A DNA stretch of 64,000 bases, taken from positions 160,001-224,000 of the forward strand of contig CBDDBZ010000033.1 of NCBI GenBank assembly GCA_965225945.1, read 5' to 3'. The position numbers were made by a program, and so were the translations under genes. The DNA comes from Alphaproteobacteria bacterium (GTDB lineage Bacteria; Pseudomonadota; Alphaproteobacteria; GCA-2731375). Positions 43,351 through 53,413 of the stretch are shown in pieces (positions within the stretch are counted from its first letter, which is position 1; each line of letters starts with the position of its first letter). The notes below the pieces were generated by a model. The model saw only the letters and a program-made list of their open reading frames with translations, was not told the DNA's origin and made no database searches.

Positions 43351-43886
43351 GCCACCCCGATATCGCTGAGCAAGGCCACCAGACGCGCCACCGTGGTCTG
43401 GCCCTGGTGGTAGAGGTCCACCACGAAGCGGCGCAACTCCGACCCGAAGTGGCCCTTCGCCCCCGCTGGCAAGGCCGCTATCACCGTCTCTCCCGACGGC
43501 GTCACCCAGCGTTGCCGGTGGTAGCGCAGGGTATATGGGCGCACCAAGAGATCTTGGACCACGTAGGGCTCGGTGCCCTTGAAGCGCGAGCCCGGCGGAA
43601 CCTCGGCCACAAGGATGCGCTCCTCGTCGATACGCAGCCGCGCGTTCTTCTTGCCCCGGCGGGCCTGTTGGCGCCGTTCCTTGGTCTTGCGTCGTTCGGC
43701 CGCCTTCTTCTCCATGCCGCTCGGCTTGATCTTGGGCCGCCCCTTGAGCCCTTTCAGCCGCGCGATCTCCTCGCGCAAGGCCGCGTTCTCCACTCGCAGA
43801 CGCGCGACCTCCTCCAATTGCCGGAGCACCAACCGCTTGAGGTCGTCCAGGCTCAGGGCCTCAATATCCGGGAGCGATTCGGCCAT

Positions 43887-45337
43887 GGGGATGTCCCGGG
43901 CTCTGTTGAAAAGCTGAAGTAGGCGTCGTCCGCCTGGAGCCGCTAGGCTCTGGGTGCTGATTCCATCAAGGAGAACGACGCCATGACCAAGACTACACGC
44001 AACGACCGTTCCTCGGAACCATCCTGTCGGCTCTTGCCATCGATGCCGGAGGCCTTCGACGATCTGCGCATGAGCGTCGATCGCTTCTGCCTTTTGGCGG
44101 GCCTCGAGTCTTTGAACGAGATGATGTCGGCGGACGCGGAAGCCTTGTGCGGTTCGCGCCACGCCCGCTCGGGCGAGCGCAAGGGCCATCGATGGGGCAC
44201 GACCCGGAGCGAGATCGCCTACCACGGCGGCAAAGTGAAGGTCGAGCGCCCTCGGGTGCGGGACTTCGCGGGTCGGGAGATGAGCCTGCCGAGTTGGGAG
44301 CTGCTGTCGGAACCCGAACTCTTGCAAGCCTGGGCGATGAATCTGATGGTGATCAACGTCTCGACCCGCAAGTATGCCCGCGCGGTGCGCCTGCCGGACG
44401 ATGCGGGCGGCGATCTGCCGGCGGCATCGGGTGACGCAACCTCGAAGTCGGCGGTCTCGCGCCGTTTCGTGGCGTTGACGCGAAGCAAGCTGAAGGCCTG
44501 GCTGGCGAGCCCGCTCGACGATCTCGATCTCGTGGTGCTCCAGATCGACGGGCTCCATGTCGGCGATCACCTGATGGTGGCGGCGATCGGCATCGACACC
44601 GGCGGCGCGAAGCACGTGCTGGGCCTGGCCGAGGGCGCGACGGAGAACGCGGCCACGGTGCAAGCCATGCTCGACAACCTGATCGAGCGCGGTCTCGATC
44701 CCGAACGGCCTCGGCTCTACATCGTCGACGGCGCCAAGGCGCTCTCGAAGGCGATCCGGCGGACCTTCGGGCGGGCGGCGGCCCTCCAGCGCTGCCAGGT
44801 GCACAAGGGGCGCAACATCACGGACCGGCTGGACGAGAGCCTCCATGCCGGCGTCAGGAAGGTCTTGCGGCAGGCCTGGCAGCAGGACGACGCGGCCAAG
44901 GCCGAACGGCTCTTGCGCAACCTCGCCCGCCGTCTGGAGCATGACGCACCCGGCGTCTCGGGCTCGATCCTGGAGGGCCTGGACGAGATCCTGACCGTGA
45001 TCCGGCTCGGCCTCCCGCCGCAACTTCGACACTCGCTGGCTTGCACCAACGCCATCGAGAACGCGATCGGCACCGTCCGGACGGTGCAGCGGAACGTCAA
45101 GCGCTGGCGCAACGCCGAGATGGCGCTGCGTTGGACCGCCGCCGGCCTCTTGGAGGCGCAAAAGACCTTCCGCCGCCTCAAGGCCTACCGCCAGCTCCCC
45201 GTCCTTGACGCCGCCCTGCGGGAGGCGGTGAGAAAGGCCGGAGCAAAGTCCGTCATTGAAGACATCGAGGTGGCCGCGTAGCCTCTCGATCAGACGATGC
45301 CTATCTCGCACTTTTCAACATTGGGCGGGACATCGCC
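43887..45337 (+). mobile_element. IS256-family element B, copy 2 (transposase 43983-45281)
   Basis: Same 1451-bp length and identical protein to copy 1; 9-bp TSD TTCGGCCAT (43878-43886, 45338-45346). Confidence 0.95.
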
Positions 45338-45548
45338 TTCGGCCATCGCCCCATTGATTCATACTTCGAGTCCGCTGAGAATCCCCCCGGCTCAAAAAAT
45401 GCCCGGGGTTTTGCCCCTCTTACCATATCTGTGGATAACTCTATGTTTTGAAAGGGGTTTTGTGAATTCACGATAACCACCGTTTTTGATCGCCTACCGA
45501 AACGAGAAATCCAGATAACGACAGTTCCGCGAACTGAATTATTCGTCG

Positions 45549-45837
45549 CTACCTTGGACGAGCATCATATCCATCTGGGAGCCCTTGCCTCAATTTGATG
45601 AAGGGCTGGTACTCGATGTCGCTATGCCAGGCACGGGCGGCCTCCATATTAGGAAATTCGATAATATTGATGGCCGTGATATCTGGCTGCGTGCCTTCCA
45701 ACATCTCCCACGGCGAGTTTCTTGCGCGCGCAAGGTAGCGTCCCCCATGCTTCGCGATCAATGCCGCCACGGGATCCTTGTAGTCTTCTATCCACGATCG
45801 GTCATGCATCTTAAAGACCAACTGCATATGCGACCAT
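45549..45837 (-). pseudogene. DUF1330-family protein with apparent frameshifts at both ends
   Basis: IAKHGGRYLAR...IIEFPNMEAARAWHSDIEYQP. The natural start MVAYAVG (GGAGGG RBS) and tail GSQMDMMLVQG lie in other frames. Confidence 0.75.
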
Positions 45838-45935
45838 GATACCCTCCACCTCTGTGCCGGATCAGATCCTATGTGAGACCAACTGCATATGCGACCATGA
45901 TACCCTCCACCTCTGTGCCGGATCAGATCCTATGT
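45815..45935. repeat. Tandem duplication, 60 bp x2 (period 61)
   Basis: AGACCAACTGCATATGCGACCATGATACCCTCCACCTCTGTGCCGGATCAGATCCTATGT at 45815 and 45876. Confidence 0.95.
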
Positions 45936-45995
45936 CCAGCCGCACCTCGATGGCAAAACCATCCTCGGTCCAGATCAATGACCAATCTCGAAGAT

Positions 45996-48826
45996 GGTCA
46001 AGTCCGGATTCTGCTGGGAATTTTCTCCGGGGTTGCCTCCGTCGAGGCCTGTTCTGGTAGTTCCAGCTCGGCTTGGTATTCCTGATCGAGTTCCTTCCTG
46101 ACGGCGTCCATCTGGCGCCGCTCGAAGACGGTGACCTTGACTGCTTTCCATCGCTCGGCGGCGCGGCTCATGGCACCGAACATGAGCTTCAGTACCGCCT
46201 TTTCGCCGAAGGCGTTGGGGATGATCTTCAAGCGCCGGCGCTCCTCCCCGAACAATCTCTCCAGCAGGTTGGTGGTGCGGATCGCCCGGCGGTGATTGAC
46301 CGGCATGCGCAGGTGCGCGATGCAGGCCTCGAAATCATCCAGGAAACAGGCCACCGCCGAGGGCAGCTCGCGCTCCCAGTCACGCACCACGCCCTCGGCC
46401 AGATCGCGGGCGATGGCGCGCGAGGGGGCCTGGTAGGCCGCTTGGGCGCGGGCCTTGAACTCCGGCCAGAGATCCTCGGGCACCTTCGCCGCCAAGTTCC
46501 TCATCCGGTGCGCGAGGCAGCGTTGGCGCGCGCTCCTGGGAAAACAAATGGGGATTATGAATGCTACTTGACGCCCTGCGGGAAATCCGCATGATGGACG
46601 GATGTTTGGAACCGAGGCATCCCTCCCCATTACGGTCAAAGAGGTGGGGGCGGTCGTGAGGCGCTTCTTATTAATGCTCCGCCTGCATCGGTGTCCGTGT
46701 TTCGATCGCACTCTCTTTTGGACGTTCTCATGGAAACTAGCGGATATATTTCGAGTTCTCGAAAGTCCTGACGTCTCTCCTGACGGATTTACGCATAATC
46801 ACTACTTGGCAAAACGAGACGTGGAACGCATCACAGGAACGTTTAACATTGACTGTCCTGAAATAGACGCCGACACGGTAAGGATTTGGCTTCACTATAT
46901 GGCGCTGCTGATTGATTCATGTAAAGACGGCAATCTGAAGGTGGCGAGGAATATTATGAGAGATCCCAATCTGAGATTCAGATCAGATGACTAGACCCAA
47001 CTTCGCCAGCGGCCCAGAGCACGGGCAACAAGACGATGGCCGAATGGAGGGCCGCACAATGACCCGAGGCGTCCCTGTTCTCGACCCGGCGGTGCACCTG
47101 AAGGGTGCGACCCCGGAGAAACTGGCGAAGGCGCTCTTTCGCCGAACCGAGCCGCTACCGCCCCGCGTTGGAAAGCCCGTTGCTGGCGACGAGGTCGCGG
47201 TAGAGAAGGTTTCGACCGACGAGCCGGGCAACAGTGTCCCGCATTTGGGCAAGAGTGCCTGAGTCGCGGATGTTGTGCTTGCCAGCGAACTCCTGGACGT
47301 AACGGTCAAGATGCTTCGGACTGATCTTGTGGAAGGTTCCTTTGTGGGCGCGCTTGAGCATGCTCCAGAAGCTTTCAATACCGTTGGTATGCGCCATGCC
47401 GTCAACGTACTCGCCAACGCTGTGTTTGACGGTTTCGTGGTCGAAAGTCAGCCCCTTATAGGAGCCATGATCGTCCGTGTAGACCTTGGCATCGGACGCG
47501 GCGTGATCCGCGACGAACCCCTGCAATGTCTGGCCATCTGTGTCGTCAACGACACGGGCCGTCACTTTGTTGCTGTCGCGGTCTTTCATACCAACAACGG
47601 CGGTCTTGCCAACTGCACTACGTCCGGTGCCCGCCAACTCTTTGCGCTTGGCCTTGCTCATGTTCTTGCGCTTGCCGCCAAAGTAAGTTTCGTCTACCTC
47701 GACCGGGCCGTCGAAAGGTTCGCCGTTCTCGCCCGCCCACGCTTCACGGATACGGTGCAACATGAACCAAGCTGTAGGCTGGGATACGCCGATATCGCGG
47801 GACAGTTTCATGCTGGCGACGCTTTTAAGGCTGGTAAGGCACAAGTAGATGGCGATGGCCCACTTGCGAAGCGGGACGTTGGAGCGGGCAATCGGCGTTC
47901 CGGTGCGGACGCTGAAATACGACCGGCAGTCAGAGCACCAATAGGGCATCGGTTTGGCGTTCGGGACTTCGCGCGTCCGAACGCTCCCGCACTTGCCGCA
48001 ATGCCGCTCGCCGTCACGCCAGATAACGGACTCGAACCATGCCGTCGCGGCAGCCTCATCCAGGAACATGTCCATGAGCTGGACCAGCGTAACGCCTTCG
48101 CGATGGGCTTTGCCTGGGGCTTTCTGCGTCATGTCCGTGTCTCCCTTCCAACACCTTGGAATATAGGGAGTCAGTCAGCTAATGTCAAGTAGTCTTTATA
48201 ATCCCCTTTCGAACTCGCTAAGGTCGCGCTTGGCGAAGCCGAGGTAGTCCGCCCAGAGCCGCTCCCCCATCTCCGAGACCGCCGTGCGCGACAGCAGCAA
48301 GCGCCCACTTTCTTCCCTGAAGGCATCTTCGATGTCGCGCACCGAGAGACCGCGCGCCAGCATCTCCACGGCTAAATCCTCCAGGCCCTCGGAATGACCC
48401 TTCAGCTGCGCTCGCAGATCCGAACGGAACGGTTCGTCCGTCCCGGCGACCTGCGGCGCCGCATACCTGATCCGCCCCTCGGCCGTCTTCAGATGACCTT
48501 CGCGCGAACCGTTCCGGTAACCTCGGCCAGGCTCGGAACCGTGCTCGTAATAGTCCCGGCCCAGGGCGTCGCGCACCTCGGCCTCCAAGCCTTCCTCGAT
48601 GATCAACCGCGTCGCCAACCGCACCAATTCACTCTTCGCGTCGACCACGCGGGCGCGCCCTTCGATCAGGTCGTTCAAGGCTTCACGCGTGCGCTCGCTT
48701 CCGGGTAGTCTCTTCGTCATGGAGGTGCCTCCTGTGCTGGGCTGGCGCGCAGCCATGCCCGGGTGGGAATCGACACCTCGAAGGATGCACCTCCTACCAA
48801 ATTCCCAGCAAGTCTAGGACTTCACC
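45996..48826 (-). mobile_element. IS256-family element C, interrupted and partly deleted by IS1595
   Basis: IRs GGTCAAGTCC..TGCTGGGAATTT / AAATTCCCAGCA..GGACTTCACC; flanking repeat TCGAAGAT (45988-45995, 48828-48835). N-part 48720-48207; C-part 46549-45998 (RQRCLAH, RTTNLLER). Confidence 0.88.
46550..48206 (-). mobile_element. IS1595-family element (ISNwi1-like ends; transposase 48132-47155) with passenger ORFs 46602-46994 and about 46987-47262 on the + strand
   Basis: IRs GGGGATTAT(N5)CTACTTGAC. Zn-finger CGKC..CSDC; motifs VEVDETY, YTDD, HTNGIESFW. Confidence 0.9.
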
Positions 48827-49175
48827 GTCGAAGATGCCACGGTGCCCGTGCGCTAAATGACGATAGACCGGACACCACACGCTAGGTTCGTATATCCTTA
48901 CCGAATGGCGTGTAGATAAACCTCTGTTTTGAAACGGGTTTTGACCCCTGGTTACATACCACCGTTTTTGACCGCCCAATTTTTGCTCACTCCCGGCGTC
49001 AAGGACGGCCGTGGACAGATCTTCGCGGTCGTCGAGGTGGCGAATTGCACCTCGTGCCGTCCGGGATGGCGACGAGACGAGATCACCGCGATAGTGCCGC
49101 CGCGCCTCAAAATCACCAAAGAAGAAAAGCGCCGGGCGAACGAACGACACCAAAACTAGTCACGTTCGATCCCGC

Positions 49176-50126
49176 CTAAGCCTCCACCCGAGCCCGCACC
49201 TCGGTTTTGAACCAGTCCATCACCTCGTACGACTCCTCAACGCTGCCTCGGACCAGGTTGACGATCATGGTGGTGACGCCGGCCTCCCCCAGCGCGCGAA
49301 TGTCGCCGGCGATCTCGTCCGCCGTGCCGGTGAGGATGAAGCGCTCGCCACCCTCCAGCGCGAAAGGTGGTGCGTCGAACGGCCAGTTGGCGCAGTAGCT
49401 GCGCGTGATCGTCGCCGGATCGCGTCCGGCCTTCTCGGCCGCCGCCTCCAGCCGCCCGACCCGGGCGGTGTATTGCGGAAGCGTCGCGCACGGGAACCTG
49501 GGATTGGCGCCGATCGGGTACCAGCCATCGCCCAGTTCCGCCGTCCGCCGGAGCGCCCTCGGGCTTTCGCCGCCGATCCAGATCGGAATGGTGCCCTGGG
49601 CCGGCTTGGGCTCGAAGACGATGTCGGCATAGGCGCCGTAGGCGCCGTCGTGACTCGGCGTGTCATCCTGCCAGAGGCTGCGGAAGATCCGGATGTATTC
49701 GTCGGTGACGTCGCCACGGGCCTCGAACGGCGGTGCGCCCAGGGCCTCGAACTCTTCCTTCATCCAGCCGGCGCCGCAGCCGAGCGTCACTCGCCCCTCC
49801 GAGAGGTGATCGATGGTGGCGAGGATCTTGGCGGTGTGGACGGGTGCGCGGTGCGGCACCACCATCACCGAAGTGAGGAGCCGCACCCGTGTCGTCACCG
49901 CCGCGAGCCAGGCGAGCGCCGTCGGCTGGTCGAGCCAGAGGTCGGGAAAGGTCGGCTTGCCGTCGGCGGCATAGGGGTAGACGTGGGCGAAGGACTTGGG
50001 GATCACGATATGGTCCGAGACGGTGAGGTATTCGTAGCCCATCTCCTCGCCCTTGCGCGCGAGCGCCTTGAGCTCCCGCTGGGTGGCCATCGGCCCCCGG
50101 GTCGGCATGCCGAAACCAAATTCCAT
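49176..50126 (-). CDS. LLM-class (probably F420-dependent) oxidoreductase
   Basis: VSDHIVIP, TAKILATIDHLSEGR, GAGWMKEEF, IWIGGES. Confidence 0.9.
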   Translation of the reverse strand: MEFGFGMPTRGPMATQRELKALARKGEEMGYEYLTVSDHIVIPKSFAHVYPYAADGKPTFPDLWLDQPTALAWLAAVTTRVRLLTSVMVVPHRAPVHTAKILATIDHLSEGRVTLGCGAGWMKEEFEALGAPPFEARGDVTDEYIRIFRSLWQDDTPSHDGAYGAYADIVFEPKPAQGTIPIWIGGESPRALRRTAELGDGWYPIGANPRFPCATLPQYTARVGRLEAAAEKAGRDPATITRSYCANWPFDAPPFALEGGERFILTGTADEIAGDIRALGEAGVTTMIVNLVRGSVEESYEVMDWFKTEVRARVEA

Positions 50127-50153
50127 GATCTCTTCTCCTCCTGTTGGTGTAGA

Positions 50154-51110
50154 TCAGGCGCCGACGCGGGGGCGGATCTCCGCCGCGAAACGGCTGATCT
50201 CGTCGAGCGTGGCTTGAAGCGTCGGGTGCTGGAAATTGAACAGCGCCCGGGTGACACCGAGGGCGGCGAGGGCGGAAATATCCTCGGCGATTGCCGCCAC
50301 TTCACCGGTGAAGAGGTGGCGCTCGCCGGCTTCCAGCGCCAGCGGCGGCTCGGTGAACAGCCAATTGGCCCAATAGGCGAGCTCGATCGTCGCCGGATCG
50401 CGCCCCTCCTCGTCGGCGAGCCCGTGCAGCCGCGCCACCCGCTTCTCGTAACGATGAAGCGTGTTCAAGGGAAAGCGCGGGTTGGTGCCGACCGGGAACC
50501 AGCAATCGCCGAGCCGGGCGGTGCGGCGCAGCGCGGCTGCGCTCTCGCCGCCGATCCAGAACGGCACCCGCGCCTGCGCCGGCTTGGGCTCGAAGACGAG
50601 ATTGGCGACCTGCGCAAATTCACCGTCGTATTCCGGCGCCTCCTGTTCCCAAAGCGCGCGGAAGGCCATCAGATACTCGTCGGTGACCCGGCCGCGGGCA
50701 TCGAAATCCGGTGCGCCGATGGCCTCGAACTCCTCCCGCATCCAGCCGGCGCCACAGCCGAGCACCAGGCGCCCGCCCGACAGCACGTCGATCGTGGCCA
50801 GGATCTTGGCGGTGTGCACGGGCGCGCGATGCGGCACCACCATGACGGACGTCAAAAGCTTGACCGTGCGTGTCGCGCTTGCGAGCCAGGCCATCAGGGT
50901 CAGTTGCTCGAGGCAGGCGCCGATCGCCCGGCCGGCCCAGCTGCCGTCGCTCGAATAAGGATAGGTCGAGGCGACCTCGCGCGGGACGACGATGTGGTCG
51001 GGAATGGCGATATATTCGAAACCCAGCGCCTCGCCGTGACGCGCGATCGCCAGGATCGAATCCGGATCCGCGAGCGGTCCCCGCGTCGGAATGCTGAAGC
51101 CGTACTCCAT
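50154..51110 (-). CDS. LLM-class (probably F420-dependent) oxidoreductase, tandem paralog
   Basis: PDHIVVP, TAKILATIDVLSGGR, GAGWMREEF, FWIGGES. Confidence 0.9.
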   Translation of the reverse strand: MEYGFSIPTRGPLADPDSILAIARHGEALGFEYIAIPDHIVVPREVASTYPYSSDGSWAGRAIGACLEQLTLMAWLASATRTVKLLTSVMVVPHRAPVHTAKILATIDVLSGGRLVLGCGAGWMREEFEAIGAPDFDARGRVTDEYLMAFRALWEQEAPEYDGEFAQVANLVFEPKPAQARVPFWIGGESAAALRRTARLGDCWFPVGTNPRFPLNTLHRYEKRVARLHGLADEEGRDPATIELAYWANWLFTEPPLALEAGERHLFTGEVAAIAEDISALAALGVTRALFNFQHPTLQATLDEISRFAAEIRPRVGA

Positions 51111-51283
51111 GGTGCCCTCTCCCCTCGTTCTCCGCCGCCGCCCGCCATGCTAGCGCGCCCTCGCCCGCTCCGCGATAGAGGAAAAGCGCATAGGGGAGAG
51201 GCGGGCGCATCGTCAAGCCCATAGGAGACGGTAAACTCGTGGAGTTCGCCCCTCCGATTGACGCGCCGAGCAAACTTGGCTAG

Positions 51284-51907
51284 GTGAAAAAAATGGCTAC
51301 CCGGGGGAATGAGGCACTCGATGCCTCGGCTGTGCGACTACTAGAGGCTCGAGGCGAGCTCGATGCTCGGTTATATGGGCCCAGCAAGCGGTTTCCCGCG
51401 CGGGAATTCAATCGCCTGTGGCTGGCATTTCTCGAGTATTCAGCTCAAACGACCCATCGCAATTGGCTGCATGGAGACGTGGCGAGGGAGTTCAGGGATC
51501 TCCCGGAGTATTTGCAACTCGAGATCTTCGATACACCGGGCGAAGCATTGCGGACGGCCGAGCGGATGGAGAGTATCTTGTTTGGCGACCACGACCCCTT
51601 CCCGGAGGATGAGGAACCGCCTGTCCCGGAGAGCATGATAGAAGTAACCGACGACGACTATGGGTGCATTGAAGGCGAATGCGCCGGATGCGGGAACTTC
51701 GGCCGCAACAATGAAGTGGGACTATGCGGCGACTGTTCGGGGAAACTGGAACGCGATTTGATTCGAGATCGAGCTTGGAATTATAGCCTGACCGTGTATG
51801 GCATGAATGATTCTCAGCGGAATGAAGTACGGAACCAAATCTTGCGTAAATACGGCAAGCGCCATGAGTTGATCGTTCCAAACGGTCCGGCCAAGCCGAG
51901 ACGATAA
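51284..51907 (+). CDS. Hypothetical protein with a C-terminal CxxC..CxxC motif
   Basis: 207-aa ORF with lower GC; CAGC...LCGDC..KLERDLIRDRAWNYS. Confidence 0.55.
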   Translation: MKKMATRGNEALDASAVRLLEARGELDARLYGPSKRFPAREFNRLWLAFLEYSAQTTHRNWLHGDVAREFRDLPEYLQLEIFDTPGEALRTAERMESILFGDHDPFPEDEEPPVPESMIEVTDDDYGCIEGECAGCGNFGRNNEVGLCGDCSGKLERDLIRDRAWNYSLTVYGMNDSQRNEVRNQILRKYGKRHELIVPNGPAKPRR

Positions 51908-52033
51908 CGCCGGAAGACAAGAAGCGGAAGTAAAGCGGAACGACCGTCGCTTGCCAAGGACAGGTCGTGGTTCGATGCGTTATCAGGTTCTGTAGGGTGA
52001 TGGCAATGGTGTCGTTATCAGAAGGAGTTCGAG

Positions 52034-52681
52034 ATGAAGCGACAGAAAGGCAACAACCACCAACGCAACCGTGCCCTGAAGGAGGCGAGACGAAAAGCCG
52101 CGGGGGCCGTCAAAAAAAGAGAACAAGCGGCGGCGCCCCATTCCGGCCTCCATCTAGCACGGGCCGCCGCTTCGACCTCCGGCGTCGACTATTGCATGGT
52201 GAGCGAAAGCCTCTTCGACGTCGGCATAGGCTGCGTAATTCTCGGGCGTGCGGTTTCCTCGACCAAGATAGCAACAAGCTTTTTCCTCGTCGACGTTTAC
52301 TGCCTGGGGGTCAAGGACGCCTTCTATTCCGAATTGACGAATGGGCAATTCAGGGAGATGATGGATAGCAGTTCCGAAGGCGGATTCTCTCTCGCCGAGA
52401 TCGCTCCGGAATGCGCGCGCAAGATCGTGGAGAGTGCCGTCGCCTATGCAAGGCAACTGGGCTTCAACCCGCATCCCGACTATTCGACGGCCGAGGCATT
52501 GTTCGGGGATATCGACGCCGAAGCCAGCCCGATCGAGTATGAATTTGGCAAGGATGGCAAGCCGTTCTACATTTCCGGTACCCGCGGTACGCCCATGAAG
52601 GTCAGAAAGACATTGCACGCCTTGATCTCGAGGCTGGGCGAGAAAAATTTCCGTTACATCTTGGAGGCCGGCACGTTTTGA
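52034..52681 (+). CDS. Conserved hypothetical protein
   Basis: AGGAG RBS; FLVDVYCLGVKDA, AYARQLGFNPHPDY, FGKDGKPFYISG. Confidence 0.7.
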   Translation: MKRQKGNNHQRNRALKEARRKAAGAVKKREQAAAPHSGLHLARAAASTSGVDYCMVSESLFDVGIGCVILGRAVSSTKIATSFFLVDVYCLGVKDAFYSELTNGQFREMMDSSSEGGFSLAEIAPECARKIVESAVAYARQLGFNPHPDYSTAEALFGDIDAEASPIEYEFGKDGKPFYISGTRGTPMKVRKTLHALISRLGEKNFRYILEAGTF

Positions 52682-52737
52682 AAGCGCGGTGGCGGTCCCG
52701 ATCGGATCTCGCCGACCGGCTCGAGGAACGTGATCGA

Positions 52738-53226
52738 TCAGCGCCGGCGGCGGGGCTTGCGGAAGGCCTTGTGACAGGCGCCGCAGGCGGCACCCACCGC
52801 CTCGATCGCCGCATCGATCGCCGCCCGTTCCCGGCCCACCGTCGCCTCGGCGAGCTTGTTCGCCGCCGTCTCCAGGTCCTCGGTCATGGCGGCGAATCGG
52901 TCCCACTCCGTCCAAATCTCCGCCTTGGCGCGGGTCCGGGCCGAGGTGTCGTGCTGAAACAAATCGACGAGCAGGGCCGAGAGGGTGCGCACCGCCTGGC
53001 CATGCACCCGGCGGTCGTCGGCGACAAGCTCGATATCGCCCTTCTTCTCGGCCGCCAGCAGGCCCATGTGGATGCTCAGTGCCTGCATCGTGGAGGTGCG
53101 GAAGCGGAGGCCGAATTCGGCGACGCCGTCTGGGTGCCGATGGCCCGGATGCGCCCGGCCCGGGCTCGCCGCCAGAGCCGAGAGCGCGACGATCGCGGCG
53201 ACGAGGCTGAGAGCGAGAGGTTTCAC
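52738..53226 (-). CDS. Cytochrome c' (class II c-type cytochrome)
   Basis: Signal peptide, AKAEIWTEWDRF, C-terminal CGACHKAFR heme motif. Confidence 0.88.
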   Translation of the reverse strand: MKPLALSLVAAIVALSALAASPGRAHPGHRHPDGVAEFGLRFRTSTMQALSIHMGLLAAEKKGDIELVADDRRVHGQAVRTLSALLVDLFQHDTSARTRAKAEIWTEWDRFAAMTEDLETAANKLAEATVGRERAAIDAAIEAVGAACGACHKAFRKPRRRR

Positions 53227-53413
53227 CCCATCGCTGCCCGCCTCGGTCCGCCGCATCGTCGCCGCGGCGCGGCGCACAAAACTCGACCCTTGCTTGCCAG
53301 GGCATGGCCATAGGCCACGGACAATGGCTCGAAATTCGATCCGCGTCCTGGCCAACGCTTAAGAGCGGCGCCCGCCAGCGGCGGCCGGAATGGCCGCTTT
53401 ACCCCTTTTGGTC

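Larger units (their letters stand above)
41623..45423 (-). mobile_element. IS66-family element (single-ORF type), disrupted three times
   Basis: End GTAAGAGGGGCAAAACC at 45423. Transposase MAESLPD.. (43886-43351) continues at 42595-41623 with VDDTGARH, LCWVHAER and TNGSENDIR. Hit by IS256-B at the start codon, by the 755-bp cassette, and by IS21 at the 3' end. Confidence 0.88.

Noticed and set aside
45430-45438. Perfect DnaA box TGTGGATAA
   Set aside because: A single box with no origin context; it is part of the degenerate repeat, whose second copy is not a consensus box.
47155-48132. IS1595 transposase as the helper for the 755-bp cassette
   Set aside because: Its own IRs (GGGGATTAT..CTACTTGAC) do not resemble the cassette TIR (CTTGCCTATCC..).
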